A stretch of DNA of 64,000 nucleotides from Lepidodermella squamata (Eukaryota > Animalia > Gastrotricha): NCBI GenBank assembly GCA_047495785.1, contig JBLDXI010000021.1, positions 1,426,001 to 1,490,000 of the forward strand. The letters are read 5' to 3'. A model generated the notes under the pieces. The model did not search any database, had not been told where the DNA came from, and was given only the letters and a program-made list of their open reading frames with translations. A program made the position numbers and the translations under genes. Below are positions 10,928-23,320 of this stretch, piece after piece; the first letter of the stretch is position 1; every line of letters starts with the position of its first letter.

Positions 10928-13541
10928 TCACGTGTATTTAGTTTTATGCGGGGAGAAATCTTCGGCTAACAGCGGTGTCCTTTCAACAGCTATGACCAGC
11001 CTCGGTTCTTCGGATATATAGTCTTCAGTCACCATCCATTTTCTCCGTCTTCTTACGTAAATGAAAAGAACAACAGCGGCAGAGATAGCGCTGAGAACTG
11101 CGATTGAAGCGGCAATGGCCCAATCGCTAAATCCTGATCCCGTATCAACGTGGAAGTTTACTGGTAGATCTATAAACATGCGGGAGATGTTGTAAATGCT
11201 TCGATCTTCCACGCAAAAGTGCTGCTTCATAGTCGGGCAAACTTCGCTGATATGCGCAACATCTAACGTGGAAAAATATTGTCATAGCACAGGAGATTCA
11301 AGGCAAGATTTTACCCAAATCCTCAATTCGACCGATTCCAACGTTGGAAAATTCAGGCGGGTCGATGAAGCAGGTATCAGCTAGAAGCGGTAGCATGATT
11401 TCCATGTTTGTCGACAAAATGGGCTTCGCAGTGGCAAATGTCGTCTGAGAATTTATGAAGAAGACGTATTGCTCACCCGGTTTGAATTTTGGCATCATAG
11501 CTGAGTTTCCAAAATATTCCCAGTTGAAGCAATCGACCTTGTCAGCTGGAAATAAATCAGCATAATGGAATGACCGGAGAGTTTTAAAGAAACCATACAT
11601 ATTGCATGAATTTTCGGTATTGTACCTAGATCTGAGGATTCCCCAGATAGTTGACACATCGGCGAGATTAGAACATGCACTTCGCGGTCCTTCTTTAGCA
11701 TTGGTATAAGCATGCCGCCTGGAAACAGTACATTCCTATACCAGTCATTTTGAATGTCAGGCAATTGATGCGTCGAGTCGACTTGGCCATAAATTGCGAT
11801 ATTGCTCGTTAAAAAGCGTTGTTCAAGGCTGTCAGAGCTACCTGGACAAACGTAAGTGATCATATTTTCATCTAAACAAGTTGGGCTCGGGGTAGTCGTG
11901 TGGTTATTGTCGCTTCGGTAACAAACGCCTACACTGCATTGCTCCGCGAAATAATCCGGGGGAGAGATGCCAGGCTGGTAGTCGGGCAAATCTGTAACCC
12001 CACAACTGGTACACAATGACCGCCAAATTGCTCGATTTGTTGATATCGGAGGGGCTATCAGTTCGAGATTATTATCTGCTCTAGCCGATACCGCCATGAT
12101 GTAATCTTTGTAGGGAGAAATTGGCTTCAGTATCAGGGTATTATCGGTAACCATTATATTGGAGACATCTAGAGGACCACTCTGCTTCATGATACAGTTC
12201 GTTATGACTGCGATGACTAAAGCTCCTGGCACCGTCGTGCTAAATTCAATTTTTTCAACTGTAACCCATACAATCTGGCTTGAAGATGCATAGATTTTAG
12301 AGAAATCCCAAGTAACGGGTGGCAGTGATAATTGAGAATTAGCAACTGCTGAAATGGAGATGTCCCAATAACACGGTTTAAATTTTGCGAGGCAGTATGC
12401 AGGGTCTGCTGAAAAGCTAATCGGCAGCCGTTCATAAGAGCATAAATCAGCCATCAGCCTGTATTGGACATGATCCGCTTCAATCGCGGAGATTAAGCCA
12501 GATTTCAAGTTGATTGATATCAAATAATCCTCTCCTATTTGAACCGATTGATTTGCGACTGGGAAGCAATAACTTGATTCCACTGGGACTGTGACGAAGG
12601 AAACGCGTGAATTTTTTATATAACCTAACATGGGAAAGCGTACTTTTTCCAGAATATTTCTCATTCACTTTGTTCAAATCAGGGGAAGCCAGCAGACATT
12701 TGGCCTCAAAATTGAATTCGCCACTAGAAAGGTTGACTGCGACAAATTTACCCCATATCACCGTACTACCATGATAAGGCTTTGTTCTAGTAACCAATGA
12801 ATCTGATTTTGCAACAATCGAACAGTTGTTTGATGCTACAAATAATGCGTTTATTGGAATCTCTCAAGCCATCATGTCAAACTGACCTTCGTATAGAAAG
12901 TGAGCGGGGCCATTTTCGAATAATTTAGGAACGTGAATGTCTTGGAAGCAACCAGCCGGTAAGTTGTAAGCTTTTTTGATATCGGGATCCAAGTTCGGAC
13001 AGTTCGGACCGTACGAAATTCGACGCCATACTGGACATAGATTTGTAACCGATAGCCAGAGACTGATTCCATCTGGCGTGCCCATTGGCGCTAACAATGG
13101 CATGTTAGTCATCGTGAAGGACAATGGCGGCGATTGTGTCCTGGCTAAGAAAACGTACTCCGTGCCGATTTGACCAGGCGGGCCGAAACAATCAGCTGGG
13201 GTGTTTGATATGGTGACGTTAGAATTCATCGTGCCCAATTTACCATCTACCCGGCGAGGGAATGGAAGGTAGCATTGAATAGTAACACTGTACTGCGAAG
13301 ACCATGCGTGGCCCTGGTTCGATCTATTAGTAACTGTACCCCAGACAAGGAACCAAAATGTTTCGTCATTCTCTGGGTTTGGGTTGAACTGGTTGGGTTC
13401 CATTGGATTGCCGTAAAGAGGCGCATATCTGTTGCTCATCAAGCAAGAAAAACCGTTGCAGTTCGGGTCATCGGCACATTGATCAAAGGCTGATGACACA
13501 GCGAAAATTGAAACGATCAGAGGCCAAACTACTCGCTTCAT
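10928..13541 (-). CDS. Type I membrane protein with four tandem NtA (agrin N-terminal)/TIMP-NTR-like domains
   Basis: Signal peptide MKRVVWPLIVSIFAVSSAF; five frame-compatible exons. A repeated module reads [V/I]WG.V...C[YL]L...C...G.EY[VL]F...L..LC, e.g. CPGSSDSLEQRFLTSNIAIYGQVDS. TM helix WAIAASIAVLSAISAAVVLFIYV is followed by RRRRK. Confidence 0.7.
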
Positions 13542-14938
13542 TTGAGGCAATTAGGATTTACTTGATTTTTCACCCTCACACCTTCTCACACTCTCTAACC
13601 CCACACGCAATGAGATAAACATCGCTATCTCTCTTATTATCAAATTTCTTTGTATTTCGTCCTTATCTCTAAACATTTAGGTCAAGTTCAGGAAATAAAG
13701 CGCTTCTCTTCGAAATATTTTCAATTTTATTCCCAGGTTCACACACCGACTATAAAAGGTAGGCCGAAGAAATTGCGAAACTTCCTGTCGCACGCGCATT
13801 TTTCAATCCTCATGACTTTTTTATTATCAAATTTTGAACAAGCACTTTAGTTGTCCAACGCCGACTCCCCTGCTCACCTGCAAACAAATTTGATTCTCTT
13901 TGCGAGGAGGAAATTAAGGCTAAACAAATAATAGATGCTGGCAGCAAAAATAACACCGCCCTCGTTACTCTGATCAGCGAAGCGTAAATAAGTGAGTTGC
14001 TGCAAATAAAAACATATTTTGCCTTGCCTGAAGCAACAACTCGGGCGCGTTGGCGGAAGTGTCTGATTGGTTGGAGCAGAAAAAAAACTACTACGAAAAT
14101 CCCGAAATTGGAAAAGCGATTTTATTTACTATCCCTTCTGCTCAATTTAAATCCAGGCTTTGTGCTACTCATCCATATGTTTTAATTTTATGAAAAACCT
14201 ACATCTTTTTTTTCGAATTGACTTTTGACGACGTGGCAAAAATCGTGCCGATTTTGTGAGCCAAGTCAAGTGCGCTTATGTCGCGTGTTATTGTGTCATC
14301 TTATAACTGTTTAGCAGCAGATCAAATATTTAGTCGAGGGGTGTGGAATTATTTATAAACACGTCGATGACGTCCAACGCAACACGCCTGTAGGCAATTT
14401 TGCACAAGGCAAGTTTGTGATAAGCCGTCGAGTCATCGCGAGACGTGATTGAATGCATAAGTAATACTAAAAGGTATGTTATTTTAATTTCCTGTGCGTA
14501 AATTTTTTATATTCACGTGCACAATCACCCCGCCTGGCTAGTATATGTCGCATTGAACGAGAGTCTGCTCGAATTACGGCGATAGAGAGGCAGGGCGGAT
14601 GAAGATGATCGAGCACCTTGTTTAGATAGAAAAAAATTGCGCTTGATCTTCGTACATAATATTATATCTCTTAGTGGCCTGTCATCGTCGGCCAATGTCA
14701 TGATCCGCGGATTTGACGGCGCGATCGTCACTCATCAAAAAAACTAATCGTCACGCGCTGTTTAACACTAAAACATAAACAAAACGGGCAAATAAACACC
14801 CGCCCGGTCAATTTAAGTTCGGTGCAAAAAGCGAGACAGCACGTCTTTTGACTTTTTCATGTTTTACATCGATTTTAATAGTTATTTATTAACTTGGCGA
14901 GGTCGATAATTACCGCGATCAGTTTCTACGATAACAAA

Positions 14939-15414
14939 ATGGCCTTTATTCACAACAATCACTCTTCGATTTTCGGTGTTGGCTTGCTTGCCCTGGCCTT
15001 ATTGCTCGCTTCGGCAACAGCATCGCCCCTAATGACGTTTCCTCACGCCTTACAACCTGCTGCCGAACCTGAAAATGTGGACGAGATTCTGGACGACTCT
15101 GATCAATGTGAGGAATGGATCAGAGGCAAACTTAACAGGTACCGAACGATTCCGAAGCTTGCTGAAGGTTAGTCCAAGTTTATTTAATCCTGATTGCTTT
15201 TGATTTACTGTTTTATCGAATTTCAGCCATTGTGAAATCTGGCAAATCGACCAATTTGGAATTGAATTTCGACTATTTAATTCAATGCGGGCTCGAAGAC
15301 GCGACGAATCAAGAGGCTCCATCTGGCATGGGCTTGAGGTCGTCGTTGAAATCGGCGATACAATCGTTTTCCCGTTCTACGAGTAAACGTGCTCGCCTCA
15401 CGTCTCATCAATAA
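14939..15414 (+). CDS. Small secreted two-cysteine protein of unknown function (paralog A)
   Basis: Signal peptide; phase-1 intron 15168-15226; core CEEWIRGKL...LAEAIV...DYLIQC. Confidence 0.75.
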
Positions 15415-16941
15415 CAATAATAGAATAGAAACTGGAATTTGGCCATACGCAGAACTGAACCGGTAATATCGCGAAAGAACATCGCTGTCATATTCGCCAT
15501 GGCTTTGATTACTTATTTTGAACAAAAATCGCGTGGTTGCTTTTACCGCGATTTTATCGCTACTTTTACTAGACACATCTTTTTCAAATCTTAAATTTTT
15601 CTAGCATATATGCTCTCTCTTTCTCATCTCTGTCATCTTTGCTGTAATAATGTGCGGAATCTTTTTCCTCGGATTTCATCACTCTTATCTCCAGGATCGA
15701 CTGTCGGCTTTTATAGAAAAATGAAAAAAAATAAAAACATAGTTACTTCCATTAATATTAATTTTTAAATTTCAACGTCAATTTCGGGGGCGTTGCCACG
15801 CGCAGTGGGTGATTTTTTTCACTCTATCCACGTAATTTGTCAAGGATGTAATAGCGGACGGCGACATGGCAAGATGAGCCCGCGCACGCAACTTGTCACC
15901 TTCCGATGATCTCCGCAAGGAAATGAGGAAAATTTGTTCTTGTTATTATACTAAAAGCCGCGACAAAACGCTCATTCTATCCGTGGCACACTTGATCTGG
16001 AATCGCTGCCGTGTTGCCGACTCATATCAGACAGAACTGTCACACAATTGATGACTAAATCAACAGTCGTAATGGTAAGCGATTAGGACGTATTGATGTT
16101 AAATTCGAAGAAACTGTCTGAATGGAGAGCGATTAAGACATCAATGTTTTTTATTGTGATCCATCGCAGACAATCAATCACAGTTCGTTGCGATTTGAAG
16201 CCTTTCAAGTTTGCGGAAATTGAATGACAGATATTTCCTTAGGACTTCCGGACAAAATCTATGAATGAAACGATAAAAGAAATAAAAAGGAGCACCACAT
16301 TTTCCGGCACCAACTTGTATCCGGTTCTTTTTAGCTTTTAGCTAAAGTCGTCGCGAAGGTTACGACCCTAGTCCCCAAAGTAATGGAGGAGGCTATTATC
16401 AGAAAAGTACTTTCATTGAAGTTCCGGTTTTTCATGGGGTATAGTGCTTATTTGCGGGAAGTGGATCTATTCTTCAAAAATTTGATCGCTTTTAGCCAGA
16501 GACATTTCAAGTAGGGACATTCTGTTTTTATTCTTGTGGGTTTTCGGCTTCCCAAAATATCGCTCTTCAACTACTTTTACATCTGATTCATGGACCCACG
16601 CGATTTTCAGAATTTTCCTCGCGACATTCAATCTCTGGCTGAATGATGAATGATGACGAACCCGAAAACTTATGATTTGCCAAATATTGCGGGTCTATAA
16701 ACTTTAATGACACCCGCAATTTTTCCGCGCGCGACGTGGGAAAGTTTTTCTGGCTTTGCAAACCTCTTGTAAAATTTAATATCGCCCAAAACAAGTGGCC
16801 AATCGAGCCTACGTTCAGAGGGCGAAATTGCGTTTCGGCTTTTATTTATTGCTGCAGCCTGGCCGGTTTACTTCACCAGTTCTATTTTCGCATTATCAAA
16901 GTCGAATATTTTTTTTAGTTAAATTTTTTCGCTTTTTGCAA

Positions 16942-17334
16942 ATGGCTCGATTTCTCGGATTCGTCTGCCTCGCAATCGCCATCGCCGTCGCCTCGGCCAG
17001 GCCTGTAAAGCAAGCCGTCAAGTCGTCAGCGAACAAGCACAAGGTTGTCACCACAACTGAGGCGCCTGCCGTGCCCGACAGCAAGGACCTGTTCGCCGCC
17101 ATGTCCGCCTCGATGAGCCAACAAATGTCCTGCGACGAGTGGATGGATGCTAAAATGGCGTCGAATGGCATGACCATGGAAGACCTCGCCTCAGCCATCG
17201 TTGAGCCGCAACACCGCGATCTGGCGCTCGAGTTCCTGCTCTTCTGCATGATGGAAGAGACCCCGATGGCTAACCGACAAAATGTTCTGCAAGAGGAGAT
17301 CCGAAAGGCGTCCGCCAGCGCCCCAGCGTTGTAA
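16942..17334 (+). CDS. Small secreted two-cysteine protein of unknown function (paralog B)
   Basis: MARFLGFVCLAIAIAVASA signal peptide; GC-rich single-exon ORF; core CDEWMDAKM...LASAIV...EFLLFC; AATAAA just after the stop. Confidence 0.8.
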   Translation: MARFLGFVCLAIAIAVASARPVKQAVKSSANKHKVVTTTEAPAVPDSKDLFAAMSASMSQQMSCDEWMDAKMASNGMTMEDLASAIVEPQHRDLALEFLLFCMMEETPMANRQNVLQEEIRKASASAPAL

Positions 17335-18059
17335 AAAAAACCCTGTAAATAAAAAATATCTTCAAGCTCTCGCAACTGTCATCCAGAGCATTGTTATAGT
17401 AGAAGAATGTAAAGTAACGGCCAACATCCTAATGATACATCTCCCTCCTTGGTTTTGTTTTTGATTATTATTTTATATAACTGTTCGAAATAAAAGTGTG
17501 CCATAGGAAGTTCTGCCATTGGGAATTTTTTTAATTCAATTTGTGTGTATTGATTATGATTTCAGTGAGCACCGAGGTGAAATCGATTCGCAAATGGATA
17601 TGTTATATATCCTCATACTATTCACGTTTTTAGCCTCTGAAAATCCGGATATTTTGGTAGTGCAAGTGGTGGCTAAATCACACTTATGATTAAAGAAAGA
17701 ATTTGCATGCTGATTTTGAATACTATTTGCCGCCGTCCATTGGGAGTCGCAAAAACTCGCCCTTACTGTAGTCATCGCCACTTTGTAAAATATATGCGTT
17801 CTCCCCATATTCCGTTTTCTTTTTTTATCGCACATAATATCTCTGCGCTTACGAAATTGCAAGACGAAATGCCAAGAAATTATCTAGGCATTAAATCGGC
17901 CTACTTACAACGCACTTCACTGGCACTGACATCGGACGATTACTTACATTGATTGGCCATTATCGGAGTGTTGACAGCACTGGAGCGTAAATCTTTTTCA
18001 ACTCAACTTCACTTTTGTGAAATAAACAAAATTTCACAGTAAACAACATGATGCTATAG

Positions 18060-20181
18060 ATGGTCGCCCGTAAAATTTCACTCCCTATTTCCCTGATATT
18101 TCTACTGGTAACAAGCGTTGACTGTTCGAAGTCATCAAACCGTGTCGATTTGACCACCCAACCAGGTGCAGCCGGGCATGACGTCGTGGTGATGGTAGTC
18201 AAGAAAATCACTCAATCTGGAATTTTCTTCCCCGATCGAGGCTTACTACATCGAGCAGCTTGGTACTTTTCCCGCGATGGTAACATGCTGGAAGTTAATA
18301 ACACATCCGGCGGCATTTGGCGCTTGTCACAAAAACAATTGCGCGAAACGCAAGACACGGAAAGGTACAGCTCAGAATTGACCCAGATTCACCTGGATAT
18401 CCGTGATTATTTCGGCATCTATTGGCGATATGTGAACCACACGGAACTTGACAAGCCGCTCTATTCCGGGCTGGCTTTTAGTATCTACCTAGCTATCAAT
18501 CCATGGCGCTATGATCAAATTCCTATAGCGCTATTCGAACAGCAGTCCTATATCAACGAGCTGTACCAGCTAACGCCCAGTTCTATCGACTTTGCCAGTC
18601 AGGTTTTACATCATGAAAAGGTAAAACTTTCAGGCTATCAATTTTTTCGTTTACCTTCAAAATAGATGCGTTGCCAAAATTAGCCAAATTACCACGCTAT
18701 TTTTCTTTTTTTTGCGCACACAATCAAGCTCAAGTGGTTTATTTTTCGAGTCTCAATGGGGGATGATGACGGCTTTAAGTTCAAATAAAAAAATATAAAT
18801 ACCCGCGTGGCAAGTAGAGAAGAGTCGCATTTAAAGTATAATAATGTGAAATTAAATCCATTGAATTTAAATGAAATTGAACTATAATTAGCGGGAGTTT
18901 ATTAATTGGCTTGATTGTGGGGTTTCACTATTTATATAATGTGAGAATCCTGAAGCTGATAGCTGATAGCTGATTCGAGGATGATTCAAATTTAACGAAA
19001 ATTCTGAAATTGTCTATTTTTGACAGGAAATTGGTTGCAAAGCCAAGCGCGACATCTGCTTCATCATTCCAGTCGGCGAGTGCATAGACATGAAGCTGAT
19101 TCTTTTCCTAATAGATGCCATAGGAACTATGACCTTGGGCCCAGACGATAGTCTTGTATCATTCGTAATGCTCGACTCATCACTCCTGTATGACATTCAT
19201 ATTGCCGGCGACAAATTCGCAAATTTGAGAGACTACCTCATGGGGAACGTGTTTGCTAAGAAGCATATATGCACCACTCAACATCGAAGAAAAGCAACGA
19301 TAGACCACGCTGGCAAAGCGATTTACGTTGCGTTGAATAAGATCTACACTCATTTTCGCAAAAGAAGCGGAGTTTTGCCTGTTTTTGCCGTTATTTTAGA
19401 CGCTTACAGCCGCGACGATGTCGCCTCGCCGATTTCGATTGCCAGCAAATTGGGAATCGCAACGATAGCTATGGGAATTTCTTACTACGCTGATTGGGAT
19501 CAAATGTTGCTCATCGCTGGAAATAGGACTGAATTAGTGCTCGAGGCTAATGATGCGAATTCACTGCAGGAAGACGTGTTCAAACGCCTCATCGAAGCTA
19601 CGTGCCTCGTACCGGCTAAGGTTGTTCCTGACCGGGGCGGACGTAAACTGCGCTACTACAGGTACGAACTCGAACCATCGCAGAGCGTCTACGTCCGAGT
19701 TATGCCGAGTAACATGCCGCCCGACGGCGTGACGATTTGTTTTGATGCGACTAGCAGCAGCAGTTCAAACTCGAATAATGAATTACTCCGCGTCTATACG
19801 TCGTGGTCGCAAAGTAACCCCAACTCGGCCGTTCATGACTACGCGCATACGAGGCCGTTTTACACGCCTGCCCCAGTACGCCAACGCCGTGCGATGAATG
19901 CGTCATTAACGCGAAAAACGCTCTACGTAGCGTTCGTTGCCAATAGCGCAGTTCTGCTCAACGTCAGCTTCGCATTCGTTCCGGGTCATTACGCTTTTTG
20001 CGGAAGGTCGGGCGTGGCGCACAAAGTTGGAGGTTACAAGCAGCAGCCTGGCGATGGCGAGTATGACATCAGTCGTGTTGCCTTCGTCTCGCTGCTCTGG
20101 TTCAACGTTGTTACCCTTATCATTGTTTTTGCCGCCGCAATTATTGTCGCTGTATGCATTGTGCGAGGCCGATTGAGATGA
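18060..20181 (+). CDS. Membrane protein: signal peptide, lysozyme-like invertebrate domain, degenerate vWA domain, C-terminal TM helix
   Basis: Exons 18060-18620 and 19027-20181 (phase 0). vWA-like features include RDICFII, GPDDSLVSFV, AIYVAL, VILDAYSRDDV and IAMGI. Confidence 0.75.
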
Positions 20182-20457
20182 TTTTACTTCTACAATAAAT
20201 CATATCGCGATGAAACTGGAGCATTCTTGTTATTTTTTATCACATTCAAGCTCTCTTAATTGCTATCTTGATTAATTATCAGGAAAAGCACTAAAAATTG
20301 GCGAAAACGATGGTGTTATCTGCTAACTGTCCTGGCAAACCCGGCCATAGCGCGACCCTCGCGAGCTGTTTCAAATTGGGTCTCATCCTTAAAAAAAATC
20401 AGTTTCTAGGAATTTGCACCCAATTTACTTTTAATTAGGATTATTATACGATTCGCA

Positions 20458-22791
20458 ATGACACAATCGATTTGGCTAGTTAGCCTATTACTGGTATTTT
20501 CAGCATTTCAGGCCGATGCTTTTGGTATCGCGAAAAATCTGCTGCATTTCAAGCGCAGCGTGCCACATCCCGGCGTTGTGAAAACCGACTCTGGCGATGC
20601 GAAAATCGCCTTGTTACCAGTTGCCGAGAGTGAAACTCGAGGTCGAACGCTATTGGACGGCGGAGACTGGGCAATAGCTTTCTGCCCAGCTTGCACCAGC
20701 CCGGACGAAGTAATGCGAGATGCGGAACAGCTTGAGTTCCATCAGGCCGTAATTCCGTCGGCATTTTCAGAAAATTTCCCATTCAACACAACAATTCGGA
20801 ATTATTTCGGCTACCTATTGTTCCGCCGTGCTGTTCCCGTGGCGCCTTACCCAACTCAGGAGAGATTCGTCCTCCGCTTCGAAAGCGTCATGTACCAGGC
20901 TGATATTTACATTAATCAAGTGAAAGTTGGCTCGCATCAAGGTGGCCACTTGCCTTTTGAGTTCGATATTTCAGCTCTAGTCAAGCCTTATTCTACCTCT
21001 TTCGCTCTTGACGTTGTTGTCTGCACAATCCTTACCTACGATACAATCCCACCAGGAGTTGTCAAAACAGATCCGTCAACAAACTAGTAATTTAATTTTT
21101 TTTAAGGTGGAATCTAACATTTTATCGAACTTTTTCAAGCACTTATCAGGACTATACCTTCGACTTCTTCCATTACACTGGAATTCTCCGTTCAGTCTGG
21201 CTCTATTGGACCCCGAAGAGCTATGTCTTGGATGCTACTATCGTTACCACCTCGATCGATGAGTGGAAGGGCACTGCCAAAGTTAGTTTCAACATTAGCT
21301 ACGTCTGCGCTGACTCGACTTGTACAATCGACTCGCAAATCTACGATCCTACTGGCAATCCGGTAGGGCCGATTTTGTCTGGAGCACAGCAGACTGATGT
21401 CTCGATAATCAATGCGATTTACTGGACCCCGATTGACTATCGAAAAGACAAGTCTGAAAGCGTTAATCAAGAGTATCACTTAGCGGTAAGGATAGACCAA
21501 GGGAAATCAATTAAAATCGTAAATTCTTCGTTTTAGATGGCTGTTAAGCAAGATAATCTTATCGTTGACGTTTACTACCTTCCGTTCGGAATTCGTATAG
21601 TGCAAGTGAATCAGACCGGCATCTATATTAATAGTCAGCCTCTTTATTGTCGTGGAGTTGGGAAGCACGAAGATTGGCCGCTTATGGGCCGAGCCGTAAG
21701 CAAGCAGGGAATTTTGCACGATTATCGCATTTTGCGCTGGTTGGGCGGCAACTGCTTGCGAACCTCCCATTACCCCTACGACCAATACTTTTACGAACTT
21801 GCCAATAAGTTCGGTATCGCTATCATCAGCGAAACTCCAGCAGTGGGATTGCGATAGTAACATTTTCAATAATTTTTGTCCCATATCAGGTCAAACAGGG
21901 ATTTTTTAGCGTTCAAACTTTGAAATCTGCCAAGGCTCAAGCTCAACATAGCCAAACGTTGGTTGAAATGTACCAGTCTTTGAAGCACCACCCGTCGATT
22001 ATCGCGTGGTCTTTGGCCAACGAACCCCTTGTTACGGCTCCAGAAGCTCGTCCTTACTTCATGTAAACTTTTGAAAAATTTTGAAAAAATTGATTAAATA
22101 ATAAAATTCCTTTCAGACCTTTGTTCGTTCTAATGCACAGTCTAGACAATACTCGCCCAGCTACGTTTGTAAACGGTGACTCCGCAGTTCCTCCGGACAA
22201 TTACATGGTAATTTTTTCAATTAATTCCTGATTCGAATTTAAGCGAGCCTTTTTAGGGAGATTTGGCAGATATTTTGTGTATAAACCGGTACTACGGTTG
22301 GTATTCCCAGCCCGGCCAACTCGATTACATAGCTCAATCTCTGGTTAACAACATCGTGAGGTACGCCACAGCCTACCATGGCAAACCTCTCATTGTCACT
22401 GAATACGGGGCTGAAGCAATATTCGGCCTGAAAAGCGTAAATTTTGCCAAAAAAATCAGTAATCATCATTCAGCTGTATTAATTTCAGGATGCTGATCAG
22501 CTGTACTCGGAGGATTATCAATACGAAGTTATATTGCGATCTCATCAAGCTTTCGATATGGTCCGGTCGAACACGAGTGCCCCGTTGATCGGCGAGTTGG
22601 TTTGGAACTACGCTGATTTCGCGGCGCGACCTCGCGATCTGACGCGGGTCAATGGCCAGAACAACAAGGGCATATTCAACCGTAATCGGCAGCCGAAATC
22701 TAGCGCCGAGCTGATTCGCAAGCGGTACAACTCGCCGACGACGCACAGCCAAACCGTCAGTTATAAAATTTTTCCCCACATAAACAACTAG
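20458..22791 (+). CDS. GUSB: Beta-glucuronidase (GH2)
   Basis: Seven spliced exons give HQGGHLPFE, FDFFHYTGI, GVGKHED, RTSHYPY, WSLANEP (acid/base), TEYGAE (nucleophile), WNYADF and NNKG. A signal peptide is present. Confidence 0.93.
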
Positions 22792-23320
22792 GCTTAATAA
22801 TTGCTTCGATGCTCTGCTTTTTGTGACACGCAGGTGCTATTTTTCTCTGCTTACAATTTGTGCGAGCTTTTCGGCAAAGCCTGCCGGGCAGATTAAAAGT
22901 CGATATAAAAAACACATAAACAGACGTCATCGAATTTCCAATTTATTTCTGCAAGTTGTTGATTGATCATCATTTGAAAAATAATAAAACAAAATAAAAT
23001 AATATATTTACATCCGAGTTTGACTTTCCGAGAACGTAAAAATAAAACATTCCAATCATTTTTTCATTCATGAATTACTAAATTTCAATAGAGATACACA
23101 TTCAACGGAAGAGAGAAAATAAACACAGGTTCCCCAATAAATTTGATTGTCACCAAAAAAATACTCGATTTTTTTTACATAGCAGAAGTTGACGAACATC
23201 ATCAGTTTGCAAGTTAAATTTTTTGTTAAATTTTTTTCATGAAAGAAATCATAGCGATATTCATAAAATTCATAAAATGGAAAAGCAATAAAACACCGGA
23301 AGAAAAAACACTGCCGCTTG

